A DNA stretch of 49,379 nucleotides from Escherichia coli. GTDB lineage: Bacteria; Pseudomonadota; Gammaproteobacteria; Enterobacterales; Enterobacteriaceae. A model generated the notes under the pieces. It was not told the origin of the DNA and made no database searches. It saw only the letters and a list, made by a program, of their open reading frames with translations. The stretch lies in the NCBI RefSeq assembly GCF_003334315.1, contig NZ_QOWR01000034.1; one strand, 5' to 3'. The position numbers and the translations under genes were made by a program. Shown here piece after piece: positions 38,391 to 49,379 of this stretch; within the stretch, counting starts at the first letter, position 1; every line of letters starts with the position of its first letter.

Positions 38391-41024
38391 TTATTTGGGA
38401 AGCGCAGTACCCCATTCACGCCACTCTTTCGGTTCACTTTCCTGCAACAGGAAGTGCTTGCCTTCCTGGGCTTTCGGTGCCAGTGGCGTCCCCGGAGGCG
38501 TGGCGAAGGCGATGCCGCCACGGATAAACTGGTTAAAGGTGCCGGTTTTCACTACGCCGCCCGTCAGACCAAAGTCCAGACTGTAACCCGATGCCAACCA
38601 GAAGACGGAATTGTTACGCACCAGGTGTTGATAGCGTTTACTGATGCGCATCGCAATCATCACGCGATCTGACAATGTCCCCAGCGTCATTCCGGTAACC
38701 GTACCTACTTCCAGACCACGGAACAGCACAGGCGTACCGATGCCTAACGAACCGGCTTCCGGCGCTTCAACAATAATGCTTAAGCCATCCAGGTAACGCG
38801 AATCAGTAATGGTGGCCTCTTGTAATTCAAAGTCGCGGCGAGGATTGCCCCGGCCTGGTTCGACGTTGATATACGGCTGGAGGATAGTATCAAGATGCTC
38901 AACGCCAGCTGCCGAAATTTGCGGTGTGACCACTGAGAAGCGCGTACCACCGCGAGCAAAGGTCTGGACATATTCCGGATAGAGCACCGCCTTTGCCTGT
39001 ACTTCATTGCGCGCGGTAATCAGATCCAGCGTCTGGATTTGTCCGATATCAATACCGAGATAGCGAATTGGCATCCCGACCGCCAGTTTTCCGGCATCGA
39101 AAGCGTGAAGCGTAATCTGCCCACCAACCGCACGGGCCGCTGTTTCGGAAGCATACAGAATACGTTTGTCGCCTTTACGCTGACTGGCGCTGGCACCACT
39201 GAGGTTATCGAAGCTAATAGCCCCTTTTAATGCTCTGGAGAGCGGGGATGCCTGTACGGTCAGGCCACTACCATTCAGCTGAACTTTCGCCCCGCCTTCT
39301 GCCCAGAACACGCTATTGCTGGTCAGAAGGTTGCGATACTCCGGCTTAATATGCAGATCGATATCAAACGCGTTAGCTCGCGGACGCACGGTAATAACTT
39401 CACCAACTTCAAATTTACGGTAGAGCACTACCGAACCTGCCTGCACATCCGGCAGCGTCTCTGCACTCAAACTCACGGTTGTGGTGGGTAAATCGCTAAG
39501 GCTGTTCTCCAGCGCTTTTTCCAGATTGGCATACAGTGGATAGCTGGCTTTCATCTCGCCTTTATCGCCCGGCAGAATACGTATCCCGCCGTTAATCCAT
39601 TCTGAGGCGCTGGCACCGAGAAACTCAACGCCATCCAGCCCCACCTTCACGTCGACACGGCTGTTGACGACAAATTTGCTATCGCCTTTTACCAGTTCTC
39701 GATGCTGAGGCTCGATGGCGACGGTAAAGGTGACGCCTTTGCTGGTGAGTTTACGATCGATAACCTGGCCTACCTGCACGCCGTGAAGAATGAGCGGCTG
39801 ACCCGCATCAATACCGTAACTTTCCGGCGCGGTCAGGGTCAGCGTCAGAACATCAGGTTCATGCAGCAGTGCTTTTTCGCCTGGCACAACAACGAACTCT
39901 TTGCGTGGCTCGCCATCGCCGGGTACCAACTCGAAGGTTTTGCCAGTCAGCAGGGCGCTGAGATTGGCATCGCTAAGGGATAATTTCGGATTACGTAATT
40001 CGATGCGGGTATTTTCACGAAGCAGGGTAACGACGCTGGGATCAACTGTCATTTCCCCAGTGACTTTACCACCAGGATTTAAATCCAGTTTAGTTAGCTG
40101 TCCGACTTCCAGTCCCTGATACATTAATGGCGTCGAGTCGGCGGTTAATCCTGCCCCACTCGGCAGTTCCAGTTTTATTATTACGCCACGCTGGCTGTGG
40201 GCCAGATCTTCATACAGACCAAAGGTATCTTCCGCCTCGGCAGGTTTCGACTCTTCAGGTGAATCGAAGGCAATCGCACCGTTAACCAGTGCCGCCAGAC
40301 TTTCCAGTTTCACCTTCGCGCCACTGATACTGACATTGGCATCAACGCCGGAAACGTTCCAGAAACGGCTACCTTTTTTCACCAGATCGGTAAAACGCCG
40401 CTCGATCAGGACATCAATCACCACGCCTTGCTTGTTGGGATTGATGGCATAGTCGTAGACTTTTCCCACAGGGATCTTGCGGAAATAGACCAATGAACCG
40501 CTGTTCAGCGAACCGAGATCGGGGGCTTGCAGGTGGATCATCAGATCGCCATTGTCCAGTCGATATTTCGGTTGGGTATCGAGTGCGACAAAGTGATCCT
40601 GCTCTTTACCTTTACCTGGCATCATGCCGATATAGTTACCACCGACGAGGGCGTCCAGCCCGGAGACACCTGCCAACGATGCTTTTGGCGTCACCAGCCA
40701 GAACTGAGTCTCTTCGCGCAGCGCATCTTTCATATCGGACTTGATGCTGACCTTGACTTCAATCTTACGAAGATCGTCGCTGAGGCTGATATCCTGCACT
40801 GTTCCGACTTCAACGCCCTGATAACGAACAGGCGTACGGCCCGGGACAATACCATCCGCCGACATAAAGTCGATGGTGACGGTATTACCCCGGTCCTGAT
40901 AACTGTCCCAAATCAGCCAACCGGCAATCATTAGCGCGATGAACGGCAGCAGCCAGAAAGGTGAGATACGGCGTTTATTTTTAATCTGCGCTTCAGTCGT
41001 CGAAGCGGGCGTTTCCTGACTCAT
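38391..41024 (-). CDS. letB: Lipophilic envelope-spanning tunnel protein LetB (YebT), multi-MCE-domain
   Basis: Start trimmed to ATG 41024 ([13 protein letters not shown]..., N-terminal TM helix), 877 aa; long repetitive MCE-like architecture. Its 5' end overlaps the letA 3' end by 32 nt. Confidence 0.9.
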   Translation of the reverse strand: MSQETPASTTEAQIKNKRRISPFWLLPFIALMIAGWLIWDSYQDRGNTVTIDFMSADGIVPGRTPVRYQGVEVGTVQDISLSDDLRKIEVKVSIKSDMKDALREETQFWLVTPKASLAGVSGLDALVGGNYIGMMPGKGKEQDHFVALDTQPKYRLDNGDLMIHLQAPDLGSLNSGSLVYFRKIPVGKVYDYAINPNKQGVVIDVLIERRFTDLVKKGSRFWNVSGVDANVSISGAKVKLESLAALVNGAIAFDSPEESKPAEAEDTFGLYEDLAHSQRGVIIKLELPSGAGLTADSTPLMYQGLEVGQLTKLDLNPGGKVTGEMTVDPSVVTLLRENTRIELRNPKLSLSDANLSALLTGKTFELVPGDGEPRKEFVVVPGEKALLHEPDVLTLTLTAPESYGIDAGQPLILHGVQVGQVIDRKLTSKGVTFTVAIEPQHRELVKGDSKFVVNSRVDVKVGLDGVEFLGASASEWINGGIRILPGDKGEMKASYPLYANLEKALENSLSDLPTTTVSLSAETLPDVQAGSVVLYRKFEVGEVITVRPRANAFDIDLHIKPEYRNLLTSNSVFWAEGGAKVQLNGSGLTVQASPLSRALKGAISFDNLSGASASQRKGDKRILYASETAARAVGGQITLHAFDAGKLAVGMPIRYLGIDIGQIQTLDLITARNEVQAKAVLYPEYVQTFARGGTRFSVVTPQISAAGVEHLDTILQPYINVEPGRGNPRRDFELQEATITDSRYLDGLSIIVEAPEAGSLGIGTPVLFRGLEVGTVTGMTLGTLSDRVMIAMRISKRYQHLVRNNSVFWLASGYSLDFGLTGGVVKTGTFNQFIRGGIAFATPPGTPLAPKAQEGKHFLLQESEPKEWREWGTALPK

Positions 41025-42276
41025 GTGCATCCCAAAGTAAGCGGCTGTCCAGCCATTCCACAGCAAGAATAGTCAAAATTACCGCTGCGCCGAAATAAAA
41101 CGCAGCCGGTCCCATAGTAAAAGCGAGGATCTGATCGCGATTAATCAGCGACATGGTTAAAGATATGACAAACAGGTCGAGCATCGACCAGCGACCAATC
41201 CAGGTCACCATCCGCAGTAACAGAATGCGTGTGCGTAAACCTTGCTGGCATTTAAAATGAATACTCAACAGTAAAGTGAACATGACGATCACTTTAGTAA
41301 ACGGTACCAGAATACTGGCGATAAACACGATTCCCGCAACCGCAATGTTGCTACTTGCCAGCGACATAATTCCGGAAAGAATTGTATCTTCCTGCCGTCC
41401 TCCGTTCAGATAAATGATAGAAATAGGCAACAGGTTGGCAGGTAACAACAAAACGATTGACGCTAACAGCGCCGCCCAGCATTTTTGCAAACTATGACGG
41501 CGACGCAGGCGTAGCGGGATATGGCAACGCGGGCAGCGACCACGCTGATCAGGATAGCCGGTAAAATGGCACCCAAGACAGACACGAAGTTTCTCGTCCC
41601 TACGCGTAGCGGGGCGCTGCGGATAAAATCGCTCCCACAGCTCCTCGACATTAAGATGTGACAACGTCACCGTCGTTAAAATCACCAACGCCACAAAAGA
41701 GAACAAGCCGACACCCGCCTGGATATGGGCATAATCCTGTACCTTTATAGAAGCAACGCCAATGCCGACCAGGTAGATATCCAGCATTACCCACTCTTTA
41801 AGTCGCTCAAGCATCAGCAGTACCGGACGTAAATTCATTCCCAGTCGGTTACCAAACCATAAATATGCTATGGAGGACACCAGAATGAGGGGGGCACCAA
41901 TAACGCAGAAAAAGACCATCGCCCCCGTTATCGTATCGCCCTGTTTGGTCATTTGCCAGATGCCTTGCATGACGTTGGCGTCGATACGAATACCTAACAG
42001 CCAGATATGCAACAGCGGTTCGCCCCAGGCAAACGGCATCAGCAACAGCATGGTGAAAGCCATTGCCGCCAGGCGCGTTAGCGACCAGTCGCGCCCGTCG
42101 CGAATTTTTGCCTGACAGCGCGGACAATAGGCACTCTGATGAGAATTTATCTCGGGCAGGCTAAACAGCATGTCGCATTGCGGGCAACGTTGGTAATCAC
42201 CACGCGGCAGTTCCTCGCCGATTGACCTCACTGTTATCTTTTTTGTCGGCGTAATTTGTGGTGTGTTAAGAGCCAT
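40993..42276 (-). CDS. letA: PqiA-family inner-membrane protein LetA (YebS)
   Basis: 427 aa; two duplicated modules each with a CxxC zinc-ribbon-like pair (CPQC...CPRC and CLGC...CPRC) followed by TM helices. Confidence 0.9.
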   Translation of the reverse strand: MALNTPQITPTKKITVRSIGEELPRGDYQRCPQCDMLFSLPEINSHQSAYCPRCQAKIRDGRDWSLTRLAAMAFTMLLLMPFAWGEPLLHIWLLGIRIDANVMQGIWQMTKQGDTITGAMVFFCVIGAPLILVSSIAYLWFGNRLGMNLRPVLLMLERLKEWVMLDIYLVGIGVASIKVQDYAHIQAGVGLFSFVALVILTTVTLSHLNVEELWERFYPQRPATRRDEKLRVCLGCHFTGYPDQRGRCPRCHIPLRLRRRHSLQKCWAALLASIVLLLPANLLPISIIYLNGGRQEDTILSGIMSLASSNIAVAGIVFIASILVPFTKVIVMFTLLLSIHFKCQQGLRTRILLLRMVTWIGRWSMLDLFVISLTMSLINRDQILAFTMGPAAFYFGAAVILTILAVEWLDSRLLWDAHESGNARFDD

Positions 42277-42405
42277 GACGTGCCAAATGTAATAAGAATT
42301 AACATTAATATTAACCCATGATGGGAATGATCTTGAGCATTAACGCATTTAATGCTTATTTTAATAGGCTGGCAGTTCCAGGTAAGACAACCAAGTGATT
42401 ATATA

Positions 42406-42903
42406 ATGAACAAAACAGAATTTTACGCGGATTTAAATCGCGACTTTAACGCGCTGATGGCAGGAGAAACCAGTTTTCTGGCAACGCTTGCGAACACCAG
42501 TGCGTTGTTATACGAGCGTCTCACTGACGTAAACTGGGCAGGTTTTTATTTGCTTGAGGACGATACACTGGTACTCGGACCATTTCAGGGCAAAATTGCC
42601 TGTGTCCGGATACCCGTCGGGCGCGGGGTGTGCGGCACTGCGGTTGCCCGCAATCAAGTGCAGCGTATCGAGGATGTTCACGCGTTTGACGGGCATATTG
42701 CCTGTGATGCGGCGAGTAATTCTGAAATTGTTCTGCCGCTGGTGGTGAAAAATCAGATTATTGGTGTTCTCGACATCGATAGTACCGTCTTCGGTCGCTT
42801 TACAGACGAGGACGAGCAAGGCTTACGTCAGCTTGTGGCACAGCTTGAAAAAGTGCTTGCAACGACGGATTACAAAAAATTCTTTGCGAGCGTCGCAGGA
42901 TAA
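42406..42903 (+). CDS. msrC: Free methionine-(R)-sulfoxide reductase (GAF domain)
   Basis: Start trimmed to ATG 42406 (MNKTEFYADLN...), 165 aa; active-site region CVRIPVGRGVCGTA. Confidence 0.85.
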   Translation: MNKTEFYADLNRDFNALMAGETSFLATLANTSALLYERLTDVNWAGFYLLEDDTLVLGPFQGKIACVRIPVGRGVCGTAVARNQVQRIEDVHAFDGHIACDAASNSEIVLPLVVKNQIIGVLDIDSTVFGRFTDEDEQGLRQLVAQLEKVLATTDYKKFFASVAG

Positions 42904-42999
42904 TCAACGGATAACGTAGCATTTACTGGTAGCGTCATTATAATGACGCCTGTTCATGCCTGCGCTTGTTGGCTACGTCCGTTGTAATCAGGAAATTTC

Positions 43000-43698
43000 A
43001 TGGAAAATCAACCTAAGTTGAATAGCAGTAAAGAAGTAATCGCGTTTCTGGCCGAACGTTTTCCCCACTGTTTCAGTGCGGAAGGTGAAGCGCGTCCGCT
43101 GAAAATCGGTATTTTTCAGGATTTGGTCGATCGTGTTGCCGGGGAAATGAACCTGAGCAAAACGCAATTACGATCCGCTTTACGTCTCTACACTTCGAGC
43201 TGGCGTTATCTTTACGGTGTTAAACCCGGCGCAACGCGTGTCGATCTTGACGGCAACCCATGCGGTGAGCTTGACGAGCAACATGTAGAGCATGCTCGCA
43301 AGCAGCTTGAAGAAGCGAAAGCGCGTGTTCAGGCACAGCGTGCTGAACAGCAAGCGAAAAAACGCGAAGCTGCCGCAGCTGCTGGTGAGAAAGAAGACGC
43401 ACCGCGCCGCGAACGCAAGCCACGTCCGACCACGCCACGCCGCAAAGAAGGCGCTGAACGTAAACCTCGTGCGCAAAAGCCGGTAGAGAAAGCGCCAAAA
43501 ACAGTAAAAGCACCTCGCGAAGAACAGCACACCCCGGTTTCTGACATTTCAGCTCTGACTGTCGGACAAGCTCTGAAGGTGAAAGCGGGTCAAAACGCGA
43601 TGGATGCCACCGTATTAGAAATCACCAAAGACGGCGTCCGCGTCCAGCTGAATTCGGGTATGTCTTTGATTGTGCGCGCAGAACACCTGGTGTTCTGA
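43000..43698 (+). CDS. proQ: RNA chaperone ProQ (FinO-like N-domain, Lys/Arg-rich linker, Hfq-like C-domain)
   Basis: 232-aa ORF with the characteristic basic low-complexity linker ([34 protein letters not shown]). Confidence 0.95.
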
Positions 43699-43717
43699 AA
43701 CGGAGGCCGGGCCAGGC

Positions 43718-45766
43718 ATGAACATGTTTTTTAGGCTTACCGCGTTAGCTGGCCTGCTTGCAATAGCAGGCCAGACCTTCGCTGTAGAAGATATCACGCG
43801 TGCTGATCAAATTCCGGTATTAAAGGAAGAGACGCAGCATGCGACGGTAAGTGAGCGCGTAACGTCGCGCTTCACCCGTTCTCATTATCGCCAGTTCGAC
43901 CTCGATCAGGCATTTTCGGCCAAAATCTTTGACCGCTACCTGAATCTGCTCGATTACAGCCACAACGTGCTGCTGGCAAGCGATGTTGAACAGTTCGCGA
44001 AAAAGAAAACCGAGTTAGGCGATGAACTGCGTTCAGGCAAACTCGACGTTTTCTACGATCTCTACAATCTGGCGCAAAAGCGCCGTTTTGAGCGTTACCA
44101 GTACGCTTTGTCGGTACTGGAAAAGCCGATGGATTTCACCGGCAACGACACTTATAACCTTGACCGCAGCAAAGCGCCCTGGCCGAAAAACGAGGCTGAG
44201 TTGAACGCGCTGTGGGACAGTAAAGTCAAATTCGACGAGTTAAGCCTGAAGCTGGCAGGAAAAACGGATAAAGAAATTCGTGAAACCCTGACACGCCGCT
44301 ACAAATTTGCCATTCGTCGTCTGGCGCAAACCAACAGCGAAGATGTTTTCTCGCTGGCAATGACGGCGTTTGCGCGTGAAATCGACCCGCATACCAACTA
44401 TCTTTCCCCGCGTAATACCGAACAGTTCAACACTGAAATGAGTTTGTCGCTGGAAGGTATTGGCGCAGTGCTGCAAATGGATGATGACTACACCGTTATC
44501 AATTCGATGGTGGCAGGTGGTCCGGCAGCGAAGAGTAAAGCTATCAGCGTTGGTGACAAAATTGTCGGTGTTGGTCAAACAGGCAAGCCGATGGTTGACG
44601 TGATTGGCTGGCGTCTTGATGATGTGGTTGCCTTAATTAAAGGGCCGAAGGGCAGTAAAGTTCGTCTGGAAATTTTACCTGCTGGTAAAGGGACCAAGAC
44701 CCGCACTGTAACATTGACCCGTGAACGTATTCGTCTCGAAGACCGCGCGGTTAAAATGTCGGTGAAGACCGTCGGTAAAGAGAAAGTCGGCGTGCTGGAT
44801 ATTCCGGGCTTCTATGTGGGTTTGACAGACGATGTCAAAGTTCAACTGCAGAAACTGGAAAAACAGAATGTCAGCAGTGTGATCATCGACCTGCGTAGCA
44901 ATGGCGGTGGGGCGTTGACCGAAGCGGTATCGCTCTCAGGTCTGTTTATTCCTGCGGGTCCCATTGTTCAGGTCCGCGATAACAACGGCAAGGTTCGTGA
45001 AGACAGCGATACCGACGGGCAGGTGTTCTATAAAGGCCCGCTGGTGGTACTGGTTGACCGTTTCAGTGCTTCGGCTTCAGAAATCTTTGCCGCGGCAATG
45101 CAGGATTACGGTCGTGCGCTGGTTGTGGGTGAACCGACGTTTGGTAAAGGCACCGTTCAGCAATACCGTTCATTGAACCGTATTTACGATCAGATGTTAC
45201 GTCCTGAATGGCCAGCGCTGGGTTCTGTGCAGTACACGATCCAGAAATTCTATCGCGTTAACGGCGGCAGTACGCAACGTAAAGGCGTAACGCCAGACAT
45301 CATCATGCCGACGGGTAATGAAGAAACGGAAACGGGTGAGAAATTCGAAGATAACGCGCTGCCGTGGGATAGCATCGATGCCGCGACTTATGTGAAATCA
45401 GGAGATTTAACTGCCTTTGAACCGGAGCTGCTGAAGGAACATAATGCGCGTATCGCGAAAGATCCTGAGTTCCAGAACATCATGAAGGATATCGCGCGCT
45501 TCAACGCTATGAAGGACAAGCGCAATATCGTTTCTCTGAACTACGCTGTGCGTGAGAAAGAGAATAATGAAGATGATGCGACGCGTCTGGCGCGTTTGAA
45601 CGAACGCTTTAAACGCGAAGGTAAACCGGAGTTGAAGAAGCTGGATGATCTACCGAAAGATTACCAGGAGCCGGATCCTTATCTGGATGAGACGGTGAAT
45701 ATCGCACTCGATCTGGCGAAGCTTGAAAAAGCCAGACCCGCGGAACAACCCGCTCCCGTCAAGTAA
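43718..45766 (+). CDS. prc: Tail-specific periplasmic protease Prc (Tsp), S41 family with PDZ domain
   Basis: Start trimmed to ATG 43718 (MNMFFRLTALAGLLAIAGQTFA signal peptide), 682 aa; begins 19 nt after proQ. Confidence 0.95.
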   Translation: MNMFFRLTALAGLLAIAGQTFAVEDITRADQIPVLKEETQHATVSERVTSRFTRSHYRQFDLDQAFSAKIFDRYLNLLDYSHNVLLASDVEQFAKKKTELGDELRSGKLDVFYDLYNLAQKRRFERYQYALSVLEKPMDFTGNDTYNLDRSKAPWPKNEAELNALWDSKVKFDELSLKLAGKTDKEIRETLTRRYKFAIRRLAQTNSEDVFSLAMTAFAREIDPHTNYLSPRNTEQFNTEMSLSLEGIGAVLQMDDDYTVINSMVAGGPAAKSKAISVGDKIVGVGQTGKPMVDVIGWRLDDVVALIKGPKGSKVRLEILPAGKGTKTRTVTLTRERIRLEDRAVKMSVKTVGKEKVGVLDIPGFYVGLTDDVKVQLQKLEKQNVSSVIIDLRSNGGGALTEAVSLSGLFIPAGPIVQVRDNNGKVREDSDTDGQVFYKGPLVVLVDRFSASASEIFAAAMQDYGRALVVGEPTFGKGTVQQYRSLNRIYDQMLRPEWPALGSVQYTIQKFYRVNGGSTQRKGVTPDIIMPTGNEETETGEKFEDNALPWDSIDAATYVKSGDLTAFEPELLKEHNARIAKDPEFQNIMKDIARFNAMKDKRNIVSLNYAVREKENNEDDATRLARLNERFKREGKPELKKLDDLPKDYQEPDPYLDETVNIALDLAKLEKARPAEQPAPVK

Positions 45767-45770
45767 TATC

Positions 45771-45802
45771 AATCAGGCACAAGAAATTGTGCCTGATTTT
45801 TT
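45771..45802 (+). terminator. Rho-independent terminator after prc
   Basis: AATCAGGCACAA, GAAA loop, TTGTGCCTGATT, then TTTTTT. Confidence 0.8.
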
Positions 45803-45880
45803 AACAGCGGCAAGATGCCGTAAATCAGATGCTACAAAATGTAAAGTTGTGTCTTTCTGGTGACTTACGCACTATCCAGA

Positions 45881-45909
45881 CTTGAAAATAGTCGCGTAAC
45901 CCATACGAT
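45881..45909 (+). promoter_or_regulatory. Sigma-32 (heat shock) type promoter of htpX
   Basis: CTTGAAAA, a 12-nt spacer, then CCCATACGAT resembles the sigma-32 consensus TTGAAA-N13-15-CCCCATnT; about 50 nt upstream of htpX. Confidence 0.5.
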
Positions 45910-45957
45910 GTGGGTATCGCATATTGCGTTTTGTTAAACTGAGGTAAAAAGAAAATT

Positions 45958-46839
45958 ATGATGCGAATCGCGCTCTTCCTGCTAACGAACCTGGCCGTAA
46001 TGGTCGTTTTCGGGCTGGTACTGAGCCTGACAGGGATACAGTCGAGCAGCGTTCAGGGGCTGATGATCATGGCCTTGCTGTTCGGTTTTGGTGGTTCCTT
46101 CGTTTCGCTTCTGATGTCCAAATGGATGGCATTACGATCTGTTGGCGGGGAAGTGATCGAGCAACCGCGTAACGAAAGGGAACGTTGGCTGGTCAATACT
46201 GTAGCAACCCAGGCTCGTCAGGCAGGGATCGCTATGCCGCAAGTGGCTATCTACCATGCGCCGGACATCAACGCTTTTGCAACCGGTGCGCGCCGTGATG
46301 CCTCTCTGGTTGCTGTCAGCACCGGTTTGCTGCAGAACATGAGCCCGGATGAAGCCGAGGCGGTAATTGCTCACGAAATCAGCCACATCGCCAATGGTGA
46401 TATGGTTACCATGACGCTGATTCAGGGCGTGGTGAACACCTTCGTTATCTTTATTTCCCGTATTCTGGCGCAGCTTGCCGCGGGTTTTATGGGCGGAAAT
46501 CGTGATGAAGGTGAAGAGAGCAACGGCAACCCGCTGATCTACTTTGCGGTTGCAACGGTTCTGGAACTGGTGTTTGGTATTCTGGCGAGCATTATCACCA
46601 TGTGGTTCTCGCGTCATCGTGAATTCCATGCTGATGCCGGTTCGGCAAAACTGGTTGGTCGCGAGAAAATGATTGCCGCGCTGCAGCGCCTGAAAACCAG
46701 CTATGAACCGCAAGAAGCAACCAGCATGATGGCTTTCTGCATTAACGGTAAGTCGAAATCGCTCAGTGAGTTGTTCATGACTCACCCGCCGCTGGATAAA
46801 CGAATTGAAGCTCTGCGTACGGGTGAATACCTGAAGTAA
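45958..46839 (+). CDS. htpX: Membrane zinc metalloprotease HtpX (M48)
   Basis: 293 aa; HEISH zinc-binding motif; sigma-32-like promoter upstream. Confidence 0.95.
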
Positions 46840-46854
46840 TATGAAGTAAATACT

Positions 46855-46887
46855 AAAAAGCGCGTCCTGATCGACGCGCTTTTTTTA
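46855..46887. terminator. Bidirectional terminator between convergent htpX and yebQ
   Basis: AAAAAGCGCGTC, loop, GACGCGCTTTTTTT. Confidence 0.8.
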
Positions 46888-48258
46888 TGCCCTGGATCGT
46901 GGCTGAGTGATACGTAAACCACTGGCACAGGCAGCAATCACTGCCAGAATAGCCGCAGCCATCAGCGAAACGTGCGTACCATTATCACCGAACTGATTTA
47001 GCATCAGCGCCACCAGTGCCGCGCCGCTACTCTGACCCAGTAGACGAGCCGTTCCTAACATGCCACTGGCTCCACCGCTACGTTCGCGAGGAGCGGAGGT
47101 AATAATGGTGTGGTTATTGGGTGACTGGAACAAGCCAAATCCAGCGCCACATAAGATCATCGGCCAGATAATATTGATATCCGCAGGTGACGCGGGCAGC
47201 AGAACCAGGGAAAAAAGCCCCGCAGCCATGATGAACAACCCTAGAGCACCCAGCAATCCTGCATGTACGCGTTCAATCAAATAGCCTGCCAACGGAGCCA
47301 TCACCATCGTTGCTAACGGCCACGGTGTCAGAAGTAAACCTGTTTCGACTTCACTACGCCCGAGCACGGTTTGCAGGTAAAAGGGCAGGGAAACCATTGC
47401 CAGCATTTGTGCGCAGAAAGAGCAAACAGATGTGCAAATAGAAAGTGAAAACAGCGGGATACGCAGTAAATCCACCGGTAGCAGCGGTACGGGAAGAGAA
47501 AGCTGGCGGCGAATAAAGAAAATACCAACAACAACCATTACCACCAGTTCCGCAGCAATTAACGTCAGCGATTGCCCCTGAGCGAAACCACTCAACGCAG
47601 TGATAAGCAGGCCGAAGGTTAACGCGTTCATCACGGCGCTGGGCAGGTCGAAACGGGGTTTACTGGCGCGAGAACCATTGGGTGGCAGAAAACGCATCGC
47701 CAGAAGCAGGGCGATAATACCTAACGGTACGTTGATTAAAAATAACCATTTCCAGGATGCGATGGAGAGGATTGCTGCAGCAATTGTCGGCCCGGCAGCA
47801 GAAGAGACGGCAACAATAAACGAGTTTATGCCCATCCCTCTCCCCAGAAAACGTTGTGGATAGATCAGGCGGATAAGTGCGGTATTAACGCTCATCAACG
47901 CTGCACCGCCGAAACCTTGTATGACACGCGCAAGGGTGAGCATTTGCAGCGAATCAGAAAGGGCGCAGAACAGTGAAGACAACAGAAAAACGACCAGACC
48001 GCATTTATAAATACGTCGATAGCCAAACATATCGCCCAGAAACGAAAACGAGAGCAGGGAGATGACAATGGCGATTTGATAGGCGTTCACTACCCAGATG
48101 GAACTGGCTGGCGTGGCATGAAGGTCCGTGGCGATTGTTGGCAGGGCGACGTTGGCGATTGCGCCGTCAAGGACAGCCATCGAAATACCAATCACAATGG
48201 TTAATATCGCACCGTATCGCTGGGGCAATGGCAGGCCGTCGGCCTGAACTTTTGGCAT
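46885..48258 (-). CDS. yebQ: MFS transporter, 14-TMS drug:H+ antiporter-like (YebQ)
   Basis: Start trimmed to ATG 48258 (MPKVQADGLPLPQRYGAILT...), 457 aa; the track adds 37 upstream codons. Confidence 0.85.
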   Translation of the reverse strand: MPKVQADGLPLPQRYGAILTIVIGISMAVLDGAIANVALPTIATDLHATPASSIWVVNAYQIAIVISLLSFSFLGDMFGYRRIYKCGLVVFLLSSLFCALSDSLQMLTLARVIQGFGGAALMSVNTALIRLIYPQRFLGRGMGINSFIVAVSSAAGPTIAAAILSIASWKWLFLINVPLGIIALLLAMRFLPPNGSRASKPRFDLPSAVMNALTFGLLITALSGFAQGQSLTLIAAELVVMVVVGIFFIRRQLSLPVPLLPVDLLRIPLFSLSICTSVCSFCAQMLAMVSLPFYLQTVLGRSEVETGLLLTPWPLATMVMAPLAGYLIERVHAGLLGALGLFIMAAGLFSLVLLPASPADINIIWPMILCGAGFGLFQSPNNHTIITSAPRERSGGASGMLGTARLLGQSSGAALVALMLNQFGDNGTHVSLMAAAILAVIAACASGLRITQPRSRA

Positions 48259-48434
48259 AGGAATTTTATATCTTTGGTGAATAATCAACAGGGGTATGAT
48301 TCTAGCACTGATATTCACGGTGGATGTCGCAGAATTGTAACTAACCGGCAAAAGATGGATTGCGACCACCCTGGTGCGAAATTATAATAAAAAACAGTTC
48401 TGATTTTTATAAAACACTCGCAATGAGGTGATAA

Positions 48435-49226
48435 ATGGCTAACGCAGATCTGGATAAACAGCCTGATTCTGTATCTTCCGTGCTAAAAGTTTTTGGCATT
48501 TTGCAGGCGCTGGGTGAAGAGCGCGAAATAGGGATAACCGAGCTGTCGCAGCGCGTCATGATGTCAAAAAGCACCGTTTATCGCTTTTTACAGACCATGA
48601 AAACCTTAGGTTATGTGGCGCAGGAAGGGGAGTCGGAGAAATATTCCCTGACCCTGAAATTGTTTGAACTGGGCGCTCGCGCGTTACAAAACGTCGATTT
48701 AATTCGTAGCGCAGATATCCAGATGCGTGAGATCTCCCGCCTGACCAAAGAAACTATCCACCTCGGCGCACTGGACGAAGACAGTATTGTTTACATTCAC
48801 AAAATTGACTCTATGTACAATTTGCGCATGTATTCACGGATTGGGCGTCGTAATCCGCTGTACAGCACCGCGATTGGTAAGGTACTGCTGGCATGGCGCG
48901 ATCGCGATGAAGTGAAGCAAATTCTTGAGGGCGTGGAGTATAAACGCAGTACCGAGCGGACCATCACCAGTACAGAAGCGTTATTACCCGTTCTGGACCA
49001 GGTGCGCGAGCAGGGGTATGGCGAAGATAACGAAGAGCAGGAAGAAGGGCTGCGATGCATTGCGGTACCGGTATTTGATCGCTTTGGCGTGGTCATTGCC
49101 GGTTTGAGCATCTCCTTCCCGACGTTGCGTTTCTCTGAAGAGCGTTTACAGGAATATGTCGCAATGTTGCATACCGCAGCGCGCAAAATTTCTGCCCAAA
49201 TGGGTTATCACGACTATCCGTTCTGA
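48435..49226 (+). CDS. kdgR: IclR-family transcriptional repressor KdgR
   Basis: 263-aa ORF with N-terminal HTH (MSKSTVYRFLQTMKTLGYV) and IclR effector domain. Confidence 0.95.
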   Translation: MANADLDKQPDSVSSVLKVFGILQALGEEREIGITELSQRVMMSKSTVYRFLQTMKTLGYVAQEGESEKYSLTLKLFELGARALQNVDLIRSADIQMREISRLTKETIHLGALDEDSIVYIHKIDSMYNLRMYSRIGRRNPLYSTAIGKVLLAWRDRDEVKQILEGVEYKRSTERTITSTEALLPVLDQVREQGYGEDNEEQEEGLRCIAVPVFDRFGVVIAGLSISFPTLRFSEERLQEYVAMLHTAARKISAQMGYHDYPF

Positions 49227-49235
49227 TGAGAGTAA

Positions 49236-49273
49236 GAACCTGTCGGAATATCAAACAGACAGGTTCTTTATTT
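49236..49273 (+). terminator. Rho-independent terminator after kdgR
   Basis: GAACCTGTC, 13-nt loop, GACAGGTTC, then TTTATTT. Confidence 0.7.
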
Positions 49274-49379
49274 AGCATGAGAAAAATAAAGTTGAAGGTG
49301 CGGGTAATGGTGCCAACTTACTGATTTAGTGTATGATGGTGTTTTTGAGGTGCTCCCGTGGCTTCCATCTCCATCAGTT

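Noticed and set aside
46132-46785. 217-aa ORF antisense to htpX
   Set aside because: Shadow ORF within htpX; no start context and an implausible composition.
49277-49379. Short ORF (MRKIKLKVRVMVPTY*) after the kdgR terminator at the window edge
   Set aside because: Only 15 codons before a stop and too little sequence before the window ends to judge. Not reported as a gene.

Overview
This 49.4-kb window is a gene-dense stretch of conserved enterobacterial chromosome. I recognise it from memory (no search was run) as the Escherichia coli K-12-type torYZ to kdgR region, reverse-complemented relative to the usual reference numbering. Gene order is: (cutC 3' end) torY torZ | cmoB cmoA yecN yecE yecD | aspS nudB yebC ruvC | yebB | ruvA ruvB | BIME | znuB znuC <Zur> znuA mepM lpxM | pykA hexR | zwf edd eda | purT <PurR/LexA> yebG yebF yebE ptrB | exoX yobB holE | copC(yobA) copD(yebZ) yebY | SdsR/RyeA | pphA | yebW yebV rsmF letB letA | msrC proQ prc htpX | yebQ | kdgR. 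Every long ORF in the track is accounted for by a gene of expected length once starts are corrected, and the intergenic regions hold the expected REP/BIME repeats, terminators and operator sites (LexA, Zur, PurR, GntR). I saw no integrase, transposase, phage structural genes, CRISPR array, tRNA or rRNA gene, and no obviously foreign island. The suggestion of an undescribed system is therefore not supported by what I can read; the honest call is ordinary core genome. The points most worth a second look are the tightly coupled yecD-yecE-yecN-cmoA-cmoB cluster, the AT-rich yebB gene splitting ruvC from ruvAB, the yobB nitrilase-fold protein with an apparent Glu-to-Ser change at the catalytic motif, the SdsR/RyeA antisense sRNA pair, and three perfect inverted repeats in regulatory positions. 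All gene names and protein lengths are recalled, not searched; coordinates are read from the sequence.
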